Shown here piece by piece: positions 11,101 to 25,300 of a stretch of 64,000 nucleotides of DNA. Below the pieces are notes generated by a model that saw nothing but the letters and a program-made list of their open reading frames with translations, ran no database searches and had not been told where the DNA came from. Every line of letters starts with the position of its first letter. Within the stretch, counting starts at the first letter, position 1. Source of the stretch: the human T2T-CHM13v2.0 reference genome, Homo sapiens; the NCBI RefSeq assembly GCF_009914755.1, contig NC_060940.1, one strand, 5' to 3'. Position numbers and translations under genes: made by a program.

Positions 11101-14100
11101 AGTCTGCACGTGGATATTTTGACCTCTTTGAGGCCTTCGTTGGAAACGGGTTTTTTTCATGTAAGGCTAGACAGAAGAAATCTCAGTAACTTCCTTGTGT
11201 TGTGTGTATTCAACTGACAGAGTTGAACCTTCTTTTAGACAGAGCAGATTCGAAACACTCTTTTTCTGCAATTTGCAAGTGGAGACTTCAAGCGCTTTGA
11301 GGCCAAAGGCAGAAAAGGAAATATCTTCGTATAAAAACCCGACAGAATCATTCTCAGAAACTGCTCTGTGATGTGTGCGTTCAACTCACAGAGTTTAACT
11401 TTTCTTTTCATTCAGCAGTTTGGAAACACTCTGTTTGTAAAGTCTGCAAGTGGATATCTTGGCCTCTTAGAGGCCTTCGTTGGAAACGGGTTTTTTCATG
11501 TAAGTTTAGACAGAGGAATTCCCAGTAACTTCCTTGTGTTGTGTGCATTCAACTCACAGAGTTGAATGATTCTTTACACAGAGCAGATTTGAGACACTCT
11601 TTTGGTGGAATTTGTAAGTGGAGAATTCAGCTGCTTTGAGGTCAACGGTAGAAAAGGAAATATCTTCGTATAAAAACTAGACAGAATGATTCTCAGAAAC
11701 TGTTTTGTGATGTGTGCGTTCAACTCACAGAGTTTAACCTTTCTTTTCAAAGAGCAGTTAGGAAACACTCTGTTTGTAAAGTCTGCAAGTGGATATTCAG
11801 ACCTCTTTGAGGCCTTCGTTGGAAACGGGATTTCTTCATATTATGCTAGACAGATGAATTCTCAGTAACTTCCTTGTGTTGTGTGTATTCAACTCACAGA
11901 GTTGAACGATCCTTTACACAGAGCAGATTTGAAACACTGTTTTTCTGGAATTTGCAAGTGGAGATGTCAGCCGCTTTGAGGTCAATGGTAGAAAAGGAAA
12001 TATCTTCGTATAAAAACTAGACAGAATGATTCTCAGAAACTCCTTTGTGATGTGTGCGTTCAACTCACAGAGTTTAACCTTTCTTTTCACAGAGCAGTTA
12101 GGAAACACTCTGTTTGTGAAGCCTGCCAGTGGATATTCGGACCTCTTTGAGGCCTTCGTTGGAAACGGGATTTCTTCATATTATGCTAGACAGAAGATTT
12201 CTCAGTAACTTCTTTGTGTTGTGTGTATGCAACTCACAGAGTTCAACCTTCCTTTAGACAGAGCAGATTTGAAACACTCTTTTTGTGGAATTTGCAAGTG
12301 GAGATTTCAAGCGCTTCGATGCCAATGGTAGAAAAGGAAATATCTTCGTAGAAAAACAAGACAAACTCGTTCCCAGACACTGCGTAGTGATGTGTGTGTT
12401 TAACTCACAGAGTTTCACCTTTCTTTTCATACAGCATTCTGGAAACCCTCTGTTTGTAAAGTCTGCAAGTGGATATTTGGACCTCTTAGATGCCTTCGTT
12501 GGAAACGGGATTTCTTCATATAATGCTAGAGGGAAGAATTCTTAGTAACTTCTTTGTGTTGTGTGTATTCAACTGACAGAGTTGAACCTTCCTTTAGACA
12601 GAGCAGATTTGAAAGTCTCTTTTTGTGGAATTTGCAAGTGGAGATTTCAAGCGCTTTGAGGCCAAAAGCAGAAAAGGAAATATTTTCCTATAAAAACTAG
12701 ACAGAATCTTTCTCAGAAACTGCTCTGGGATGTGTGCGTTCAACTCACAGAGTTTAACTTTTCTTTTCATTCAGCAGTTTGGAAACACTCTGTTTGGAAA
12801 GTCTGCACGTGGATATTTTGACCTCTTTGAGGCCTTCGTTGGAAACGGGTTTTTTTCATGTAACGCTAGACAGAAGAAATCTCAGTAACTTCCTTGTGTT
12901 GTGTGTATTCAACTGACAGAGTTGAACCTTCCTTTAGACAGAGCAGATTCGAAACACTCTTTTTCTGCAATTAGCAAGTGGAGACTTCAAGCGCTTTGAG
13001 GCCAAAGGCAGAAAAGGAAATATCTTCGTATAAAAACCCGACAGAATCATTCTCAGAAACTGCTCTGTGATGTGTGCGTTCAATTCACAGAGTTTAACTT
13101 TTCTTTTCATTCAGGAGTTTGGAAACACTCTGTTTGTAAAGTCTGCAAGTGGATATCTTGGCCTCTTAGAGGCCTTCGTTGGAAACGGGTTTTTTCATGT
13201 AAGGTTAGACAGAGGAATTCCCAGTAACTTCCTTGTGTTGTGTGCATTCAACTCACAGAGTTGAATGATTCTTTACACAGAGCAGATTTGAGACACTCTT
13301 TTGGTGGAATTTGTAAGTGGAGAATTCAGCTGCTTTGAGGTCAATGGTAGAAAAGGAAATATCTTCGTATAAAAACTAGACAGAATGATTCTCAGAAACT
13401 GTTTTGTGATGTGTGCGTTCAACTCACAGAGTTTAACCTTTCTTTTCAAAGAGCAGTTAGGAAACACTCTGTTTGTAAAGTCTGCAAGTGGATATTCAGA
13501 CCTCTTTGAGGCCTTCGTTGGAAACGGGATTTCTTCATATTATGCTAGACAGATGAATTCTCAGTAACTTCCTTGTGTTGTGTGTATTCAACTCACAGAG
13601 TTGAACGATCCTTTACACAGAGCAGATTTGAAACACTGTTTTTCTGGAATTTGCAAGTGGAGATTTCAGCCGCTTTGTGGTCAATGGTAGAAAAAGAAAT
13701 ATCTTCATATAAAAACTAGACAGAATGATTCTCAGAAACTCCTTTGTGATGTGTGCGTTCAACTCACAGAGTTTAACCTTTCTTTTCACAGAGCAGTTAG
13801 GAAACACTCTGTTTGTGAAGCCTGCCAGTGGATATTCGGACCTCTTTGAGGCCTTCATTGGAAACGGGATTTCTTCATATTATGCTAGACAGAAGATTTC
13901 TCAGTAACTTCTTTGTGTTGTGTGTATGCAACTCACAGAGTTCAACCTTCCTTTAGACAGAGCAGATTTGAAACACTCTTTTTGTGGAATTTGCAAGTGG
14001 AGATTTCAAGCGCTTCGATGCCAATGGTAGAAAAGGAAATATCTTCGTATAAAAACAAGACAAACTCGTTCCCAGACACTGCGTAGTGATGTGTGTGTTT

Positions 14101-14945
14101 AACTCACAGAGTTTCACCTTTCTTTTCATACAGCATTCTGGAAACCCTCTGTTTGTAAAGTCTGCAAGTGGATATTTGGACCTCTTAGATGCCTTCGTTG
14201 GAAACGGGATTTCTTCATATAATGCTAGAGGGAAGAATTCTTAGTAACTTCTTTGTGTTGTGTGTATTCAACTGACAGAGTTGAACCTTCCTTTAGACAG
14301 AGCAGATTTGAAAGTCTCTTTTTGTGGAATTTGCAAGTGGAGATTTCAAGCGCTTTGAGGCCAAAAGCAGAAAAGGAAATATTTTCCTATAAAAACTAGA
14401 CAGAATCTTTCTCAGAAACTGCTCTGGGATGTGTGCGTTCAACTCACAGAGTTTAACTTTTCTTTTCATTCAGCAGTTTGGAAACACTCTGTTTGGAAAG
14501 TCTGCACGTGGATATTTTGACCTCTTTGAGGCCTTCATTGGAAACGGGTTTTTTTCATGTAACGCTAGACAGAAGAAATCTCAGTAACTTCCTTGTGTTG
14601 TGTGTATTCAACTGACAGAGTTGAACCTTCCTTTAGACAGAGCAGATTCGAAACACTCTTTTTCTGCAATTTGCAAGTGGAGACTTCAAGCGCTTTGAGG
14701 CCAAAGGCAGAAAAGGAAATATCTTCGTATAAAAACCCGACAGAATCATTCTCAGAAACTGCTCTGTGATGTGTGCGTTCAACTCACAGAGTTTAACTTT
14801 TCTTTTCATTCAGCAGTTTGGAAACACTCTGTTTGTAAAGTCTGCAAGTGGATATCTTGGCCTCTTAGAGGCCTTCGTTGGAAACGGGTTTTTTCATGTA
14901 AGGTTAGACAGAGGAATTCCCAGTAACTTCCTTGTGTTGTGTGCA
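8151..14945 (+). repeat. Four canonical 10-mer HORs
   Basis: Spacings are 1698, 1699, 1699 and 1699 bp. Confidence 0.93.
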
Positions 14946-16304
14946 TTCAACTCACAGAGTTGAATGATTCTTTACACAGAGCAGATTTGAGACACTCTTT
15001 TGGTGGAATTTGTAAGTGGAGAATTCAGCCGCTTTGAGGTCAACGGTAGAAAAGGAAATATCTTCGTATAAAAACTAGACAGAATGATTCTCAGAAACTG
15101 TTTTGTGATGTGTGCGTTCAACTCACAGAGTTTAACCTTTCTTTTCAAAGAGCAGTTAGGAAACACTCTGTTTGTAAAGTCTGCAAGTGGATATTCAGAC
15201 CTCTTTGAGGCCTTCGTTGGAAACGGGATTTCTTCATATTATGCTAGACAGATGAATTCTCAGTAACTTCCTTGTGTTGTGTGTATTCAACTCACAGAGT
15301 TGAACGATCCTTTACACAGAGCAGATTTGAAACACTGTTTTTCTGGAATTTGCAAGTGGAGATTTCAGCTGCTTTGAGGTCAATGGTAGAAAAGGAAATA
15401 TCTTCGTATAAAAACTACACAGAATGATTCTCAGAAACTCCTTTGTGATGTGTGCGTTCAACTCACAGAGTTTAACCTTTCTTTTCACAGAGCAGTTAGG
15501 AAACACTCTGTTTGTGAAGCCTGCCAGTGGATATTCGGACCTCTTTGAGGCCTTCGTTGGAAACGGGATTTCTTCATATTATGCTATACAGAAGATTTCT
15601 CAGTAACTTCTTTGTGTTGTGTGTATGCAACTCACAGAGTTCAACCTTCCTTTAGACAGAGCAGATTTGAAACACTCTTTTTGTGGAATTTGCAAGTGGA
15701 GATTTCAAGCGCTTCGATGCCAATGGTAGAAAAGGAAATATCTTCGTATAAAAACAAGACAAACTCGTTCCCAGACACTGCGTAGTGATGTGTGTGTTTA
15801 ACTCACAGAGTTTAACCTTTCTTTTCATACAGCATTCTGGAAACCCTCTGTTTGTAAAGTCTGCAAGTGGATATTTGGACCTCTTAGATGCCTTCGTTGG
15901 AAACGGGATTTCTTCATATAATGCTAGAGGGAAGAATTCTTAGTAACTTCTTTGTGTTGTGTGTATTCAACTGACAGAGTTGAACCTTCCTTTAGACAGA
16001 GCAGATTTGAAAGTCTCTTTTTGTGGAATTTGCAAGTGGAGATTTCAAGCGCTTTGAGGCCAAAAGCAGAAAAGGAAATATTTTCCTATAAAAACTAGAC
16101 AGAATCTTTCTCAGAAACTGCTCTGTGATGTGTGCGTTCAACTCACAGAGTTTAACTTTTCTTTTCATTCAGCAGTTTGGAAACACTCTGTTTGTAAAGT
16201 CTGCAAGTGGATATCTTGGTCTCTTAGAGGCCTTCGTTGGAAACGGGTTTTTTCATGTAAGGATAGACAGAGGAATTCCCAGTAACTTCCTTGTGTTGTG
16301 TGCA
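14946..16304 (+). repeat. 8-mer HOR variant (1359 bp): A, B, C, hybrid D/E
   Basis: Spacing 14972 to 16331 is 1359 bp. D markers run to AATCTTTCTC (~16105), then E-type sequence with AAGGATAG follows. Confidence 0.92.
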
Positions 16305-19300
16305 TTCAACTCACAGAGTTGAATGATTCTTTACACAGAGCAGATTTGAGACACTCTTTTGGTGGAATTTGTAAGTGGAGAATTCAGCCGCTTTGAGGTC
16401 AACGGTAGAAAAGGAAATATCTTCGTATAAAAACTAGACAGAATGATTCTCAGAAACTGTTTTGTGATGTGTGCGTTCAACTCACAGAGTTTAACCTTTC
16501 TTTTCAAAGAGCAGTTAGGAAACACTCTGTTTGTAAAGTCTGCAAGTGGATATTCAGACCTCTTTGAGTCCTTCGTTGGAAACGGGATTTCTTCATATTA
16601 TGCTAGACAGATGAATTCTCAGTAACTTCCTTGTGTTGTGTGTATTCAACTCACAGAGTTAAACGATCCTTTACACAGAGCAGATTTGAAACACTGTTTT
16701 TCTGGAATTTGCAAGTGGAGATTTCAGCCGCTTTGAGGTCAATGGTAGAAAAGGAAATATCTTCGTATAAAAACTAGACAGAATGATTCTCAGAAACTCC
16801 TTTGTGATGTGTGCGTTCAACTCACAGAGTTTAACCTTTCTTTTCACAGAGCAGTTAGGAAACACTCTGTTTGTGAAGCCTGCCAGTGGATATTCGGACC
16901 TCTTTGAGGCCTTCGTTGGAAACGGGATTTCTTCATATTATGCTAGACAGAAGATTTCTCAGTAACTTCTTTGTGTTGTGTGTATGCAACTCACAGAGTT
17001 CAACCTTCCTTTAGACAGAGCAGATTTGAAACACTCTTTTTGTGGAATTTGCAAGTGGAGATTTCAAGCGCTTCGATGCCAATGGTAGAAAAGGAAATAT
17101 CTTCGTATAAAAACAAGACAAACTCGTTCCCAGACACTGCGTAGTGATGTGTGTGTTTAACTCACAGAGTTTAACCTTTCTTTTCATACAGCATTCTGGA
17201 AACCCTCTGTTTGTAAAGTCTGCAAGTGGATATTTGGACCTCTTAGATGCCTTCGTTGGAAACGGGATTTCTTCATATAATGCTAGAGGGAAGAATTCTT
17301 AGTAACTTCTTTGTGTTGTGTGTATTCAACTGACAGAGTTGAACCTTCCTTTAGAGAGAGCAGATTTGAAAGTCTCTTTTTGTGGAATTTGCAAGTGGAG
17401 ATTTCAAGCACTTTGAGGCCAAAAGCAGAAAAGGAAATATTTTCCTATAAAAACTAGACAGAATCTTTCTCAGAAACTGCTCTGGGATGTGTGCGTTCAA
17501 CTCACAGAGTTTAACTTTTCTTTTCATTCAGCAGTTTGGAAACACTCTGTTTGGAAAGTCTGCACGTGGATATTTTGACCTCTTTGAGGCCTTCGTTGGA
17601 AACGGGTTTTTTTCATGTAAGGCTAGACAGAAGAAATCTCAGTAACTTCCTTGTGTTGTGTGTATTCAAGTGACAGAGTTGAACCTTCTTTTAGACAGAG
17701 CAGATTCGAAACACTCTTTTTCTGCAATTTGCAAGTGGAGACTTCAAGCGCTTTGAGGCCAAAGGCAGAAAAGGAAATATCTTCGTATAAAAACCCGACA
17801 GAATCATTCTCAGAAACTGCTCTGTGATGTGTGCGTTCAACTCACAGAGTTTAACTTTTCTTTTCATTCAGCAGTTTGGAAACACTCTGTTTGTAAAGTC
17901 TGCAAGTGGATATCTTGGCCTCTTAGAGGCCTTCGTTGGAAACGGGTTTTTTCATGTAAGGTTAGACAGAGGAATTCCCAGTAACTTCCTTGTGTTGTGT
18001 GCATTCAACTCACAGAGTTGAATGATTCTTTACACAGAGCAGATTTGAGACACTCTTTTGGTGGAATTTGTAAGTGGAGAATTCAGCTGCTTTGAGGTCA
18101 ACGGTAGAAAAGGAAATATCTTCGTATAAAAACTAGACAGAATGATTCTCAGAAACTGTTTTGTGATGTGTGCGTTCAACTCACAGAGTTTAACCTTTCT
18201 TTTCAAAGAGCAGTTAGGAAACACTCTGTTTGTAAAGTCTGCAAGTGGATATTCAGACCTCTTTGAGGCCTTCGTTGGAAACGGGATTTCTTCATATTAT
18301 GCTAGACAGATGAATTCTCAGTAACTTCCTTGTGTTGTGTGTATTCAACTCACAGAGTTGAACGATCCTTTACACAGAGCAGATTTGAAACACTGTTTTT
18401 CTGGAATTTGCAAGTGGAGATTTCAGCCGCTTTGAGGTCAATGGTAGAAAAAGAAATATCTTCGTATAAAAACTAGACAGAATGATTCTCAGAAACTCCT
18501 TTGTGATGTGTGCGTTCAACTCACAGAGTTTAACCTTTCTTTTCACAGAGCAGTTAGGAAACACTCTGTTTGTGAAGCCTGCCAGTGGATATTCGGACCT
18601 CTTTGAGGCCTTCGTTGGAAACGGGATTTCTTCATATTATGCTAGACAGAAGATTTCTCAGTAACTTCTTTGTGTTGTGTGTATGCAACTCACAGAGTTC
18701 AACCTTCCTTTAGACAGAGCAGATTTGAAACACTCTTTTTGTGGAATTTGCAAGTGGAGATTTCAAGCGCTTCGATGCCAATGGTAGAAAAGGAAATATC
18801 TTCGTATAAAAACAAGACAAACTCGTTCCCAGACACTGCGTAGTGATGTGTGTGTTTAACTCACAGAGTTTCACCTTTCTTTTCATACAGCATTCTGGAA
18901 ACCCTCTGTTTGTAAAGTCTGCAAGTGGATATTTGGACCTCTTAGATGCCTTCGTTGGAAACGGGATTTCTTCGTATAATGCTAGAGGGAAGAATTCTTA
19001 GTAACTTCTTTGTGTTGTGTGTATTCAACTGACAGAGTTGAACCTTCCTTTAGACAGAGCAGATTTGAAAGTCTCTTTTTGTGGAATTTGCAAGTGGAGA
19101 TTTCAAGCGCTTTGAGGCCAAAAGCAGAAAAGGAAATATTTTCCTATAAAAACTAGACAGAATCTTTCTCAGAAACTGCTCTGTGATGTGTGCGTTCAAC
19201 TCACAGAGTTTAACTTTTCTTTTCATTCAGCAGTTTGGAAACACTCTGTTTGGAAAGTCTGCACGTGGATATTTTGACCTCTTTGAGGCCTTCGTTGGAA

Positions 19301-22300
19301 ACGGGTTTTTTTCATGTAAGGCTAGACAGAAGAAATCTCAATAACTTCCTTGTGTTGTGTGTATTCAACTGACAGAGTTGAACCTTCCTTTAGACAGAGC
19401 AGATTCGAAACACTCTTTTTCTGCAATTTGCAAGTGGAGACTTCAAGCGCTTTGAGGCCAAAGGCAGAAAAGGAAATATCTTCGTATAAAAACCCGACAG
19501 AATCATTCTCAGAAACTGCTCTGTGATGTGTGCGTTCACCTCACAGAGTTTAACTTTTCTTTTCATTCAGCAGTTTGGAAACACTCTGTTTGTAAAGTCT
19601 GCAAGTGGATATCTTGGCCTCTTAGAGGCCTTCGTTGGAAACGGGTTTTTTCATGTAAGGTTAGACAGAGGAATTCCCAGTAACTTCCTTGTGTTGTGTG
19701 CATTCAACTCACAGAGTTGAATGATTCTTTACACAGAGCAGATTTGAGACACTCTTTTGGTGGAATTTGTTAGTGGAGAATTCAGCCGCTTTGAGGTCAA
19801 CAGTAGAAAAGGAAATATCTTCGTATAAAAACTAGACAGAATGATTCTCAGAAACTGTTTTGTGATGTGTGCGTTCAACTCACAGAGTTTAACCTTTCTT
19901 TTCAAAGAGCAGTTAGGAAACACTCTGTTTGTAAAGTCTGCAAGTGGATATTCAGACGTCTTTGAGGCCTTCGTTGGAAACGGGATTTCTTCATATTATG
20001 CTAGACAGATGAATTCTCAGTAACTTCCTTGTGTTGTGTGTATTCAACTCACAGAGTTGAACGATCCTTTACACAGAGCAGATTTGAAACACTGTTTTTC
20101 TGGAATTTGCAAGTGGAGATTTCAGCTGCTTTGAGGTCAAAGGTAGAAAAGGAAATATCTTCGTATAAAAACTAGACAGAATGATTCTCAGAAACTCCTT
20201 TGTGATGTGTGCGTTCAACTCACAGAGTTTAACCTTTCTTTTCACAGAGCAGTTAGGAAACACTCTGTTTGTGAAGCCTGCCAGTGGATATTCGGACCTC
20301 TTTGAGGTCTTCGTTGGAAACGGGATTTCTTCATATTATGCTAGACAGAAGATTTCTCAGTAACTTCTTTGTGTTGTGTGTATGCAACTCACAGAGTTCA
20401 ACCTTCCTTTAGACAGAGCAGATTTGAAACACTCTTTTTGTGGAATTTGCAAGTGGAGATTTCAAGCGCTTCGATGCCAATGGTCGAAAAGGAAATATCT
20501 TCGTATAAAAACAAGACAAACTCGTTCCCAGACACTGCGTAGTGATGTGTGTGTTTAACTCACAGAGTTTAACCTTTCTTTTCATACAGCATTCTGGAAA
20601 CCCTCTGTTTGTAAAGTCTGCAAGTGGATATTTGGACCTCTTAGATGCCTTCGTTGGAAACGGGATTTCTTCATATAATGCTAGAGGGAAGAATTCTTAG
20701 TAACTTCTTTGTGTTGTGTGTATTCAACTGACAGAGTTGAACCTTCCTTTAGACAGAGCAGATTTGAAAGTCTCTTTTTGTGGAATTTGCAAGTGGAGAT
20801 TTCAAGCGCTTTGAGGCCAAAAGCAGAAAAGGAAATATTTTCCTATAAAAACTAGACAGAATCATTCTCAGAAACTGCTCTGTGATGTGTGTGTTCAACT
20901 CACAGAGTTTAACTTTCTTTTCATTCAGCAGTTTGGAAACACTCTGTTTGGAAAGTCTGCACGTGGATATTTTGACCTCTTTGAGGCCTTCGTTGGAAAC
21001 GGGTTTTTTTCATGTAACGCTAGACAGAAGAAATCTCAGTAACTTCCTTGTGTTGTGTGTATTCAACTGACAGAGTTGAACCTTCCTTTAGACAGAGCAG
21101 ATTCGAAACACTCTTTTTCTGCAATTTGCAAGTGGAGACTTCAAGCGCTTTGAGGCCAAAGGCAGAAAAGGAAATATCTTCGTATAAAAACCCGACAGAA
21201 TCATTCTCAGAAACTGCTCTGTGATGTGTGCGTTCAACTCACAGAGTTTAACTTTTCTTTTCATTCAGCAGTTTGGAAACACTCTGTTTGTAAAGTCTGC
21301 AAGTGGATATCTTGGCCTCTTAGAGGCCTTCGTTGGAAACGGGTTTTTTCATGTAAGGTTAGACAGAGGAATTCCCAGTAACTTCCTTGTGTTGTGTGCA
21401 TTCAACTCACAGAGTTGAATGATTCTTTACACAGAGCAGATTTGAGACACTCTTTTGGTGGAATTTGTAAGTGGAGAATTCAGCCGCTTTGAGGTCAACG
21501 GTAGAAAAGGAAATATCTTCGTATAAAAACTAGACAGAATGATTCTCAGAAACTGTTTTGTGATGTGTGCGTTCAACTCACAGAGTTTAACCTTTCTTTT
21601 CAAAGAGCAGTTAGGAAACACTCTGTTTGTAAAGTCTGCAAGTGGATATTCAGACCTCTTTGAGGCCTTCGTTGGAAACGGGATTTCTTCATATTATGCT
21701 AGACAGATGAATTCTCAGTAACTTCCTTGTGTTGTGTGTATTCAACTCACAGAGTTGAACGATCCTTTACACAGAGCAGATTTGAAACACTGTTTTTCTG
21801 GAATTTGCAAGTGGAGATTTCAGCCGCTTTGAGGTCAATGGTAGAAAAAGAAATATCTTCGTATAAAAACTAGACAGAATGATTCTCAGAAACTCCTTTG
21901 TGATGTGTGCGTTCAACTCACAGAGTTTAACTTTTCTTTTCACAGAGCAGTTAGGAAACACTCTGTTTGTGAAGCCTGCCAGTGGATATTCGGACCTCTT
22001 TGAGGCCTTCGTTGGAAACGGGATTTCTTCATATTATGCTAGACAGAAGATTTCTCAGTAACTTCTTTGTGTTGTGTGTATGCAACTCACAGAGTTCAAC
22101 CTTCCTTTAGACAGAGCAGATTTGAAACACTCTTTTTGTGGAATTTGCAAGTGGAGATTTCAAGCGCTTCGATGCCAATGGTAGAAAAGGAAATATCTTC
22201 GTATAAAAACAAGACAAACTCGTTCCCAGACACTGCGTAGTGATGTGTGTGTTTAACTCACAGAGTTTAACCTTTCTTTTCATACAGCATTCTGGAAACC

Positions 22301-25300
22301 CTCTGTTTGTAAAGTCTGCAAGTGGATATTTGGACCTCTTAGATGCCTTCGTTGGAAACGGGATTTCTTCATATAATGCTAGAGGGAAGAATTCTTAGTA
22401 ACTTCTTTGTGTTGTGTGTATTCAACTGACAGAGTTGAACCTTCCTTTAGACAGAGCAGATTTGAAAGTCTCTTTTTGTGGAATTTGCAAGTGGAGATTT
22501 CAAGCGCTTTGAGGCCAAAAGCAGAAAAGGAAATATTTTCCTATAAAAACTAGACAGAATCATTCTCAGAAACTGCTCTGTGATGTGTGTGTTCAACTCA
22601 CAGAGTTTAACTTTCTTTTCATTCAGCAGTTTGGAAACACTCTGTTTGGAAAGTCTGCACGTGGATATTTTGACCTCTTTGAGGCCTTCGTTGGAAACGG
22701 GTTTTTTTCATGTAACGCTAGACAGAAGAAATCTCAGTAACTTCCTTGTGTTGTGTGTATTCAACTGACAGAGTTGAACCTTCCTTTAGACAGAGCAGAT
22801 TCGAAACACTCTTTTTCTGCAATTTGCAAGTGGAGACTTCAAGCGCTTTGAGGCCAAAGGCAGAAAAGGAAATATCTTCGTATAAAAACCCGACAGAATC
22901 ATTCTCAGAAACTGCTCTGTGATGTGTGCGTTCAACTCACAGAGTTTAACTTTTCTTTTCATTCAGCAGTTTGGAAACACTCTGTTTGTAAAGTCTGCAA
23001 GTGGATATCTTGGCCTCTTAGAGGCCTTCGTTGGAAACGGGTTTTTTCATGTAAGGTTAGACAGAGGAATTCCCAGTAACTTCCTTGTGTTGTGTGCATT
23101 CAACTCACAGAGTTGAATGATTCTTTACACAGAGCAGATTTGAGACACTCTTTTGGTGGAATTTGTAAGTGGAGAATTCAGCCGCTTTGAGGTCAACGGT
23201 AGAAAAGGAAATATCTTCGTATAAAAACTAGACAGAATGATTCTCAGAAACTGTTTTGTGATGTGTGCGTTCAACTCACAGAGTTTAACCTTTCTTTTCA
23301 AAGAGCAGTTAGGAAACACTCTGTTTGTAAAGTCTGCAAGTGGATATTCAGACCTCTTTGAGGCCTTCGTTGGAAACGGGATTTCTTCATATTATGCTAG
23401 ACAGATGAATTCTCAGTAACTTCCTTGTGTTGTGTGTATTCAACTCACAGAGTTGAACGATCCTTTACACAGAGCAGATTTGAAACACTGTTTTTCTGGA
23501 ATTTGCAAGTGGAGATTTCAGCCGCTTTGAGGTCAATGGTAGAAAAAGAAATATCTTCGTATAAAAACTAGACAGAATGATTCTCAGAAACTCCTTTGTG
23601 ATGTGTGCGTTCAACTCACAGAGTTTAACCTTTCTTTTCACAGAGCAGTTAGGAAACACTCTGTTTGTGAAGCCTGCCAGTGGATATTCGGACCTCTTTG
23701 AGGCCTTCGTTGGAAACGGGATTTCTTCATATTATGCTAGACAGAAGATTTCTCAGTAACTTCTTTGTGTTGTGTGTATGCAACTCACAGAGTTCAACCT
23801 TCCTTTAGACAGAGCAGATTTGAAACACTCTTTTTGTGGAATTTGCAAGTGGAGATTTCAAGCGCTTCGATGCCAATGGTAGAAAAGGAAATATCTTCGT
23901 ATAAAAACAAGACAAACTCGTTCCCAGACACTGCGTAGTGATGAGTGTGTTTAACTCACAGAGTTTCACCTTTCTTTTCATACAGCATTCTGGAAACCCT
24001 CTGTTTGTAAAGTCTGCAAGTGGATATTTGGACCTCTTAGATGCCTTCGTTGGAAACGGGATTTCTTCATATAATGCTAGAGGGCAGAATTCTTAGTAAC
24101 TTCTTTGTGTTGTGTGTATTCAACTGACAGAGTTGAACCTTCCTTTAGACAGAGCAGATTTGAAAGTCTCTTTTTGTGGAATTTGCAAGTGGAGATTTCA
24201 AGCGCTTTGAGGCCAAAAGCAGAAAAGGAAATGTTTTCCTATAAAAACTAGACAGAATCTTTCTCAGAAACTGCTCTGGGATGTGTGCGTTCAACTCACA
24301 GAGTTTAACTTTTCTTTTCATTCAGCAGTTTGGAAACACTCTGTTTGGAAAGTCTGCACGTGGATATTTTGACCTCTTTGAGGCCTTCGTTGGAAACGGG
24401 TTTTTTTCATGTAAGGCTAGACAGAAGAAATCTCAGTAACTTCCTTGTGTTGTGTGTATTCAACTGACAGAGTTGAACCTTCTTTTAGACAGAGCAGATT
24501 CGAAACACTCTTTTTCTGCAATTTGCAAGTGGAGACTTCAAGCGCTTTGAGGCCAAAGGCAGAAAAGGAAATATCTTCGTATAAAAACCCGACAGAATCA
24601 TTCTCAGAAACTGCTCTGTGATGTGTGCGTTCAACTCACAGAGTTTAACTTTTCTTTTCATTCAGCAGTTTGGAAACACTCTGTTTGTAAAGTCTGCAAG
24701 TGGATATCTTGGCCTCTTAGAGGCCTTCGTTGGAAACGGGTTTTTTCATGTAAGTTTAGACAGAGGAATTCCCAGTAACTTCCTTGTGTTGTGTGCATTC
24801 AACTCACAGAGTTGAATGATTCTTTACACAGAGCAGATTTGAGACACTCTTTTGGTGGAATTTGTAAGTGGAGAATTCAGCTGCTTTGAGGTCAACGGTA
24901 GAAAAGGAAATATCTTCGTATAAAAACTAGACAGAATGATTCTCAGAAACTGTTTTGTGATGTGTGCGTTCAACTCACAGAGTTTAACCTTTCTTTTCAA
25001 AGAGCAGTTAGGAAACACTCTGTTTGTAAAGTCTGCAAGTGGATATTCAGACCTCTTTGAGGCCTTCGTTGGAAACGGGATTTCTTCATATTATGCTAGA
25101 CAGATGAATTCTCAGTAACTTCCTTGTGTTGTGTGTATTCAACTCACAGAGTTGAACGATCCTTTACACAGAGCAGATTTGAAACACTGTTTTTCTGGAA
25201 TTTGCAAGTGGAGATGTCAGCCGCTTTGAGGTCAATGGTAGAAAAGGAAATATCTTCGTATAAAAACTAGACAGAATGATTCTCAGAAACTCCTTTGTGA

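Noticed and set aside
3321-20330. GGTCTTCG (~3324, ~20308) and GAGTCCTTCG (~16569) changes near CENP-B boxes
   Set aside because: The substitutions lie just upstream of the 17-bp box and the core remains intact.
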